A stretch of DNA of 64,000 bases, taken from positions 16,678,001-16,742,000 of the forward strand of contig OZ024764.1 in NCBI GenBank assembly GCA_964016885.1. The letters run 5' to 3'. Both the position numbers and the translations under genes were made by a program. Under the pieces are notes generated by a model, which ran no database searches, was not told the origin of the DNA, and saw only the letters and a list, made by a program, of their open reading frames with translations. Position 1 is the stretch's first letter; each line of letters begins with the position of its first letter. Shown here in pieces: positions 42,147-51,157 of this stretch. Origin of the DNA: Eledone cirrhosa. Its lineage: Eukaryota.

Positions 42147-42603
42147 ATATATTCTTTTAATGTTACAATATTAAAGAAAATATAAAGGGTGAACAACCGA
42201 GCCACCACCAGAGCAAAAGATAGCAGCCAGGAGTACCGGGCAACCTCTCTAATGATTTTTGAGGCAAGCCAGCACACTTGCAGTGTTACCTCGGGTGATG
42301 GCGAGGCTAATACACTGCAATAACCAAGCGCCCTCGCGAGATTCGCCAGTTACCTCTATTAAGCAAGCTGCCAGTGGCCCAACTCCTCCAAACCTCTCGA
42401 AATCTACAGGCTGAAAAATGTAGCCGGCCGACAGATCACAGTATTTGAGGGTCTTACTCCGCTCAGCTGCGGCCCTCGTTCTAACCGCAGCATCCAGGAT
42501 GTGGGAAGAAGCAAAAGAGTCACTAACAGTGACGTCCCAGACAAGGCACCTGCCTCTCTACCTGGGGCACAGGGTAAGGCCGTCACTTCTGGACAACTAA
42601 GAT
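42147..42603 (-). mobile_element. CRE-like (RLE) non-LTR retrotransposon 3' fragment with 7-bp TSD
   Basis: RSDGLT..GRCLVWDVTVSD..KY..YIFQPVDFE.FGG. Flanked by GGTGCAG at 42140-46 and 42604-10. Empty site visible in the opposite IR arm at ~46260. Confidence 0.8.
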
Positions 42604-43714
42604 GGTGCAGCTTGAATGTGATTTTATCATACACACTGAACGAGCAAGACAAGATAACCCCACATGTATATAATCAATGGCATTCCAGTCGTGACCATCA
42701 AGCGTTTATGGTAGTATCTAGGGATATATCGTTGAATGTACTCTTCATTATTTTAAAACGTGGCAAAAGGGAAATATTTGGCTGCTGTTTCTAGCAAGCT
42801 GAGGTATAAATCTAATGTTACGATTGTGGGAATGCCTGCGACTGATTAATGTGTTTTGTAAGTCCTCCGAGACCAAAGATATCGATACTGCTAACGTATT
42901 AGAAAAGTGACCCTAGGGTGAGTGGTTTTAGACTAATTAGAGAAGATTCTATGACATAGAAACGAAGATACAGACATACACTACAACTAAAACTTAACTC
43001 GTTAACATTGTTTTGAAAATATCGGTGTAAAATTAATTATGACACCGGTGTAGCGATTTCGTAATTAGCCTTGTTTTAACCCCCCACCAAAATAATTTAA
43101 TGTTCTGGTTACAAGGGGTCGGGTAGAAATTAATTATTTCATTTATTTACTATAACAAATAACTAACACATTGCCGAAGAAAAAAAAAACAAAAAAAAAC
43201 TCGTCTTTTAAAAAAAAAAAATTTACTCATTCATTTGCATCTCCCATGATGCAACAGCCACCACAATAATTTAATGTTCTGGTTACAGGGGGGTCGGGAG
43301 GAAATTAATTATTTCATTTATTTACTATAACAAACAACTAACACATTGTCGAGGAAAAAATAAAAAAAAGTGCCGTCTTTGAAAAAAAAAATTTACCCAT
43401 TGCATTTCCCATGATGCAACAGTGTAGGCAAGTTTGTTGACGCTTTAGCGACATCAGTTCCATAAATCTTTCCATAGGAAATTCCAAGAACGATAACTCC
43501 GTTTTTACTTAATCGCAAAAATGGGTGAAAAAATGATTGCGAAATTTTCTCCCATAACTGATGAAAATTATAAAATACTGAACGTGTTTGTTTTTTTATT
43601 TTAAAGACTGAATACTTTCTAACAATATGTATATTTTAAAACAATAAATTGTATAATAATTAATCAAAATATTCCTTTATGTGTATATATATATATATAT
43701 ATGTGTGTGTGTAA

Positions 43715-44037
43715 AATTCTCGAGATCCATGGACGAGTTCTCTGCAGCAGTCTCTGTCCCTCATTATCGCTGCCATGTCCTGCGTCTCCAAGAGACCAGT
43801 GTCTGTCCTTAGCACATCAACATATGTTAACCTCGATCTTCCTCTTCCAGTGTGTTCGTGTAGGGGCTCCCACAGGAGCACTGAGTGCAGTGTCAACTCT
43901 GGATGTCGGTGAGCATGTCCAGCTAACCTCAGTCTCCTCTGTGTCACTTTTGAGCTGACTTTTGGGAGGCTCCCGTACAGCTCTTCATCCTCAGTGTATA
44001 CTGATTAATGTTCAGAGCCATCCTCAGCATTCTCGTA
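43715..44037 (-). mobile_element. RTE-like LINE 3' fragment, second family
   Basis: RRLRLAGHAHRHPE..VLLWEP.H..RGR.RLTYVDVL. Inverted copy at ~45070-45292. Confidence 0.8.
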
Positions 44038-46502
44038 TGTATGTGTGTGTGTGTATATATATATATATACACCACCACCAGCCAAATATCTCGTAAAACA
44101 CAAACCGTACTGCCTTAGAACCTGCTAAAAATAGCAGTCAAACCTCCCTCTCACGCTCACCACTGCCGTAGAACCTGCTAGAAACACCAGCTAAATCATT
44201 ATTATTTATTGTCTCCTGGAGGTGGCAAGAAATAGTAACCAGCTTGATGTAGAAAATATCGAAAATAGCACCCAAATCTTCCTCAAATAAAACTTACACG
44301 TGGTCCTTGTAAAATACTAGAAACACCAGTCAAATAACGTAACCAGATAGCTTTTAAAATAACTGTTTCTACTTTTTGGCACAAGGCTTTTAAAATAACA
44401 GTAATAATTGTTTCTACTTTTGGCAAAAGGCCAGCAATTACCCAGTGCATTACTGGTACTTTATTTTATCGACCCCCGTAAGGGTGATAACTAAAAATGC
44501 TAGAAAAAGAAGCTAACTCTACTCGTAAACTCGCCTTGTTAAAAAAATCCCATAAACGTATATTTTAATCTTGTCTCCAGAACCGGAATCTACACATTTT
44601 AATAAATATCTCTACAAAATTTTAATTAAAAATAGTTATTATTTAGAAAGCTATTAAGAAAGAAATGCACATAGGGAAGGGATAACGCTTAATAAAAAAT
44701 GTTGATCCAAGGGAAACAACCGATAAAAAAGTGATTTGAACGATTTATTTTCCTTGGGCAGCCACTAGTCATGGTACGTTCAACCATACAGTCAGTCTTA
44801 CCGTTCAACGTAGTAGCCAATTGTTTCCGGTACCGTATACCAGATGCCGAAATCACACAGATTTTACAAATCATAAAAGGTCAAATCACCTCAAATAAGA
44901 GCCTCATACACCATAGAAAAAACTAAAAATAGCAGCAAAATATCACTTAAGAGACACTAGAACATTTCAGTAATAATGGGTTCATTTACACATATATGCA
45001 CATATATACATTCATCCGTAGAATATATATATATATATATATATAGCGGTCGTGTAGGCGCCGCGGAAAAAAGTCAGCTCAAAATTGACACAGAGGAGAC
45101 TGAGGTTAGCTGGACATGCTCACCGACATCCAGAGTTGACACTGCACTCAGTGCTCCTGTGGGAGCCCCTGCATGGACACACTGGAAGCGGGACACCGAG
45201 GTTGATATGTGTTGATGCCCTAAGGACATGGCAGCGATAATGAGTGACAGAGACCGCTTCAGAGAACTCGTCCATGGATCTCGGGAATTTTACCCACCCT
45301 AGATATATGTTGGCTTTTTGCTACAATATTTTCTATACCTTTCATTTATATATATATATATACACATAAAGGAATATTTTAATTAATTATTATACAATAT
45401 ATTGTTTTAAAATATACATATCGTTAGAAAGTATTCAGTCTTTAAAACAAAAAAACAAACACGTTCAGTATTTTATCATTTTCATCGAAATAATTTTTTC
45501 ACCCATTTTTGCGATTAAGTAAAAACGAAGTTATCGTTCTTGGAATTTCCCTATGGAAAGATTTATGGAACTGATGTCGCTAAAGCCTCAACAAGCTTGC
45601 CGACACTGTTGCATCATGGGAGATGCAATGGGTAAATTTTTTTTTTTTCAAAGACGGCACTTTTTTTTATTTTTTCCTCGGCAATGTGTTAGTTGTTTGT
45701 TATAAGTAAATGAATAAAATAATTAATTTCATCCCGACCCCTCTGTGACAAAAACATTAAATTATTGTAGTGGCGGAAGCGGGGTTGGGTTAAAACAGGG
45801 GTAATTACGAAATCGCTACACCGGTGTCATAATTAATTTTACACCGATATTTTCAAAACAATGTTAACGAGTTAAGTTTTAGTTGTAGTGTATGTCTGTA
45901 TCTTCGTTTCTATGTCATAGAATCTTCTCTAATTAGTCTAAAACCACTCACCCTAGGGTCACTTTTCTAATACGTTAGCAGTATCGATATCTTTGGTCTC
46001 GGAGGACTTACAAAACACATTAATCAGTCGCAGGCATTCCCACAATCGTGACATTAAATGTATACCTCAGCTTGCTAGAAACAGCAGCCAAATATTTCCC
46101 TTTTGCCACGTTTTAAAACAATGAAGAGTACATTCAACGATATATCCCTAGATACTCACATAAACGCTTGATGGTCACGACTGGAATGCCATTGATTATA
46201 TACATGTGGGGTTATCTTGTCTTGCTCGTTCAGTGTGTATGATAAAATCACAGTCAAGCTGCACCTAGGGTGGTCATTTTAAAGTGATTTCGTCCTACCT
46301 CTTAATAATCTGAGTACTTTACTGTGTAGTAAAGCATACGGAATATGAAATGGTTACACCGGTCGCATAATTAGTTTCAACACCGGTATATTACGTACAT
46401 GAAACAGGTAAAGTTTTATTTGTCTTGATGAGTCTCCGGGCTTAAGACAGATTTTAAACTGAAACAACATTGTAAATACGAAGAATTGAAGAGTTTGGTA
46501 GA

Positions 46503-46898
46503 AATATATAATCTTTTAATGTTACAATATTAAAGAAAATGTAAAGGAAGGGGTGAACAACGGAGCCACCACCAGAGCAAAAGACAGCAGCCAGGAGTAC
46601 CGGGAAACCTCTCTAATGATTTTTGAGGCAAGCCAGCGCACTTGCAGTGTTACCTCGGGTGATGGCGAGGCTGAGGTGCTGGAACAACCAAGCGCCCTCG
46701 CGAGATTCGCCAGTTACCTCTATTAAGCGAGCCGCCAGTGAAGAGAGGAACCTCGCAGTCGGCGGCCCGACTCCCCCAAACGTCTCGAAATCCACAGGCT
46801 GAAAAATGTAGCTGGCCGAGAGATCACAGTATTTGAGGGTCTTACTCCGCTCGGATACGGAAGCTGTGGCTCTCGTCCTAACCGCAGCATCCAGGATG
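46503..46898 (-). mobile_element. CRE-like (RLE) retrotransposon 3' fragment, second copy
   Basis: FETFGGVGP..FLSSLAARL..TGESREGAWLFQHLSLAITRGN. Flanked by (TGG)TAGA repeats. Confidence 0.8.
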
Positions 46899-47039
46899 TG
46901 GTAGATTTGAAATTCTTAAAAAATGTAGAAATCCCAAACACAGAAAATAACTGTAACTAGAGTCGGTTGCTATAAATAATAAATTAGAAAATCAGTTAAT
47001 ATACCGCTATCATATTTTTTGTCATCATTTAAAAATGTT

Positions 47040-48020
47040 TTTCCTTGGTAGCATGGGTTGGACGAATCCTCAGCACATTTCTCTATCCATCACATTCGTT
47101 TGTCATCTCTTCTGTGAGTCTCAGCAATTTGAGATCACCTCCGCTCATGTCTTTCTCTGTCTACCTCTACTGTGGCTTCCTTCCACTTCTTCACCCAGGT
47201 GTCATCATCCATGCACATCACACGTCTGTACCAACGCAGTTCTCTCTTACACCTCAGATTCCTCTTAAACTAAGTTTCTCCCACAGTTCATCCAAGCTCT
47301 GCCTCTCTCTCATATTTACATTGCACATCCAATGGAACATGATTGCTTCATTTCTCTCCAATCGATGGATGTCTTCAGCAGTCACTGCCTGTTTCACTAC
47401 CGTGCAGTACTGCACTTTGCCCACAGGCGTCCTTCTGTATGTAGGGAGAAACCTTTTGTCAACAGTGGGAGTAGCTGTGTAAACGTTTTCCATCCTATTC
47501 TTATTCTAGCTAGTATATTCTAAGCACCCACCCCCCACTGCTTATTAGGTCACTTAGATAGCAGAAGCTATCACCCACTTCTATAGACCCCTGACACTCT
47601 TCCCCTCAATTACCCCTGTACATCTACTACATACAAAGTCTTCCTTCCTGTTAGTCTACCTGTTACCTGCTACATCTTTTGTGTACATCATATAGAGTTT
47701 CTGCCTGCTCCATTCCTGCATATTGAACAGGGTCGTTCCCTGATGGGATGAGGTCCTTGTCTTCTTTCCTACTTACTAAGACTTTTGGCCAGCAGCGTCT
47801 ACAAAGAACCAAAAATCGTCCCTCACAAATTCAAGCGGAATCTGTAGTACTTTTCCTAGGCATGAAACCAAACTGCATCTTGTCTATTTTGACACCTTCT
47901 CTAATCAGCTGCGCTATAACTCTGTCAATTTCATAACTTGGTCTATTAGTTTTATGCCTCTATAGTTGCTCCTTTCTAGAGCATCGCTTTTGTCCAAGTA
48001 GCAATTTATGATTGTACTGC
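47040..48020 (-). mobile_element. Degraded RTE LINE fragments
   Basis: RLERNEA.M..WMCNV and IDKMQFGFMPRKST RT-related motifs. Confidence 0.75.
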
Positions 48021-48188
48021 TGTGGACCGGGTTCTTTTTATCGTGACACCTACACGACCACTTTACAGTGTGGACTGGGTGCTTTTTGTTGACACCTACA
48101 TGACCACTTTACTGTGTGGACTGGGTGTTTTTTGTTGTGTCACCTACACTTCCACTGGGAGGTTTTCCAGGGGTGGGGAAGATACCTG

Positions 48189-48615
48189 CTTAACCCTTTA
48201 GCATTTAAACCGGCCAGAATTCTCTCACTTCTTTCTGTTCAAACTGGTTGTAACTGGCTGCTCATACTGACATTAAGGTATTGTTCTCAAAATAAATAAC
48301 ATCAAAATCTCATATATTCAATATCATGTGAGATAATTATGTCAGATAAAGCCTTTGCCACAAAAATATGATAGTATATATAGAATAATATAAAGGGTTA
48401 ACCTAACCCTTTAGCATTTAAACCGGCCATATCCAGCCAGAATTTTCTCACCTCTTTCTGTTCAAACAGGCCATAACCAGCTGCTCATACTTATGTTAAG
48501 GTATTGTTCTCAAAATAAATATCAAAATCTTGTAGATTCGATATTATCTGAAATAAAGTGTTTACCGTGAAAATACAATAATATATATAGAGTAATGTGA
48601 ATGGTAAAGAGTTAA
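48189..48615 (-). mobile_element. Two adjacent single-unit copies of the same MITE
   Basis: TTAACCCTTTAGCATTTAAACC...AAAGGGTTAA, then a second more diverged copy. Confidence 0.78.
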
Positions 48616-49337
48616 GTGAGTAGATGTGAGAGGTCATTATTTTGAAGGAAGCAAAGTTTTTTAAGCTTATGAAAATTATAATGTCTCTTCTAAAACCAGT
48701 TAAAGAATAAAAAACTAACAAATCTTTACTGCCTTGAAAAGCACAAGATCTGTGAAACTGGTAAAGGAAACATAAATATTCTTAAAAAGACTCCAGTTGC
48801 ATTTTCAATTTCTTTTCCTTATACTTTCACTTGTGTAAGACAATCAGTTCCTGTATGAGCAAGACAAGGTCAGTTGACTGGACAACCCGTCTAACCCATG
48901 CTAGCGTGGAAGAACAGACGTAAAACGGTGATGATATATATATATATATATGGCACCTTCCTGTTTCACCTGATTAACTACGCTGTTCACCTCTACTTTC
49001 ATTGTTTGACCCCTTCCCCTATTTTTTGCTTCAATGCAATTATTTTGTTAATTCTAATTAGTAAACAATAAAATTTATTAATTCAAACAGTTAAGATATA
49101 AATAATAACTTATTGGAGATGAAGATTCTTGTTTTTTTTTCTCATTCTCTTCCACTGGAGAGTATATATATATATATATATATATATTTTGAGTATATGT
49201 TGGTTGTTTACCGACACCTCAGTATGCAGATTGGAGCACTCGACGAAGTACGCAGGTTGGTTTGGTTACTCCGGAGTAATGTAAAATAAAGTAATTAAGT
49301 CAAATATTTAAGATTTGGCTTCGTTTATTAAAGATGT

Positions 49338-49392
49338 ACTGCTATATATATTTCGGTGACAGCCATCATTGGCTGTGACCTCTTCAGGCAGT
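49338..49392 (-). ncRNA. Type I minimal hammerhead ribozyme, family B, mirror copy
   Basis: Reverse complement of 49529-49583. Confidence 0.85.
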
Positions 49393-49528
49393 TCGAATTG
49401 GTGTGGTAGAGACAGGTACACATGTTGTTGAAGTGTTTTACTCTGTCAATACTCCGATATGTCCATACTCCTGGACAGAGTAAAACACTTTAACAACATG
49501 TGTACCTGTCTCTACCACACCAATTCGA

Positions 49529-49583
49529 ACTGCCTGAAGAGGTCACAGCCAATGATGGCTGTCACCGAAATATATATAGCAGT
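49529..49583 (+). ncRNA. Type I minimal hammerhead ribozyme, family B
   Basis: ACUGC / CUGAAGA / stem II GGU-cACAGCCA-auga-UGGCUGUc-ACC / GAAA / UAUAU-AUA / GCAGU. Predicted cleavage after 49578. Confidence 0.85.
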
Positions 49584-49747
49584 ACATCTTTAATAAACTA
49601 AGCCAAATCTTAAATATTTGACTTAATTACTTTATTATATATATATATACAAATATATATATATATATTTACATATATATACACAAAGAGAGAGACACAC
49701 GTGTGTTGTTTTCCAGTTATTTCCTTACAACCACAGACCAATTATGG

Positions 49748-49957
49748 TCAATTGTTGAACTTCATAGAAAATATTTTGGCAATTCTGCAAGCTTCTTCTT
49801 GTGATGGAGGGCAATGGTAATTCTGCGGCTGTTTTTGGCTGTTTCTGTTGAATCCTGTTACCCCAGATGGTTGGTCAGTATGTGGCTTGGACAGCTTACT
49901 GAGCAGGTCTTTCCTGGCTTCCATCTTGCTTTCCTGTCGAGCTGGGTCTAATGTCTC
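49748..49957 (-). CDS. C2CD3: C2CD3 terminal coding exon (ETLDPARQ...SQEEACRIAKIFSMKFNN*)
   Basis: tttcag| acceptor, phase 0, TGA at 49750-49748. EEACRIAKIFS matches the conserved C2CD3 C-terminal EE.LRIARIFS motif (recalled). Confidence 0.9.
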   Translation of the reverse strand, partial: ETLDPARQESKMEARKDLLSKLSKPHTDQPSGVTGFNRNSQKQPQNYHCPPSQEEACRIAKIFSMKFNN

Positions 49958-50325
49958 CTGAAATTTAAGACCAAATAAATGAGAAATCTGTGAAGATCCT
50001 GTTTTTATCTACCCCCAACCCCCATCAACACTACCCCACCCTCATCAACACTACTCCTACATCACCTCTCACTATATATACTACTATAGGTATGTGTGTA
50101 TATATATACACATACATATATATCGTTAAAGGTAATTCGATAAGAGGTTGTGAAAACTACTTATCATGGATAGTTTAATTCTATCATAGAAACAATTGTT
50201 AGACTGTAAATAAATTTCCTTGTTTGTACTGTTGACCATGTTATTTCTCACTTTTTCAATTTTATATATATATATATATTTATACGATATTAATAAATGG
50301 AAACTATATTTATTTCATTATACAT

Positions 50326-50388
50326 ATTTCATTATACATATTTCAGGGATACCAAATTAAATTATGGTATGCTTTCATCAGACAAAAT
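50326..50388 (-). ncRNA. Hammerhead ribozyme, family A, mirror copy
   Basis: Near-exact reverse complement of 50507-50569 with CUGAUGA and GAAA intact. Confidence 0.75.
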
Positions 50389-50506
50389 ACAATATATAAC
50401 AGTTTTACAAATAAGCTTTGACGTACCCTTTTAAAATGCGACCATTATTTTTGGAAGCCATCTGGATAGTTTGTCAAAGCTTATTTGTAAAACTGTTATA
50501 TATTGT

Positions 50507-50569
50507 ATTTTGTCTGATGAAGGCATACCATAATTTAATTTGGTATCCCTGAAATATGTATAATGAAAT
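50507..50569 (+). ncRNA. Type I minimal hammerhead ribozyme, family A
   Basis: AUUUUGU / CUGAUGA / AGG-c-AUACCA..UGGUAU-c-CCU / GAAA / UAUGU-AUA / AUGAAAU. Confidence 0.8.
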
Positions 50570-50698
50570 AAATATGGTTTTATAAATATAGTTTCCATTT
50601 ATTAATATCGTATATCTACTCCAAATACTTGTCGAGTGCTTTATATCAGTTATAAAAATATTTACTTGTTGTATCCCAACAATTTTAAATAGAACTTT

Positions 50699-50743
<45 letters not shown>

Positions 50744-50918
50744 TTGTTTTGCAAGGTTTTTGATATGAAATCATGTGTCGAAACAAATATTGTTATACTT
50801 GGGGAGGGTCATATTGTTGTAATAATATTGCCAGAAATAATAACAGAACACACTCACTGTGAGTGTGTTCTGTTATTAATTCTGGCAATATTACAACAAT
50901 ATGACCCTCCCCAAGTAT

Positions 50919-50958
<40 letters not shown>

Positions 50959-51157
50959 ATAATAATGAAAATATTGTGTACAGTGCTCAGGTGCACTACA
51001 ACTCATCAAAAGTGTATGTATAGTATGTATATACATATACACATACACATATATATATATATATATATTTGTGTGTAGATGTGAGAGGTCATTATTTTGA
51101 AGGCGGTAAAGTTTTGTAAGCTATGAAAATTTAGTTAAAGAATAACAACTGATTCAC

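Larger units (their letters stand above)
41603..46963. repeat. Large inverted duplication (arms ~41603-43962 and ~45070-46963)
   Basis: For example 42840-43075 is the near-exact reverse complement of ~45800-46035. Arms are collinear apart from later insertions. Confidence 0.9.

Noticed and set aside
42610-44880. snRNA, tRNA or miRNA gene in the inverted repeat or spacer
   Set aside because: No match by eye to U1-U12, tRNA or 5S. The ~44707-44758 hairpin is too imperfect to call.
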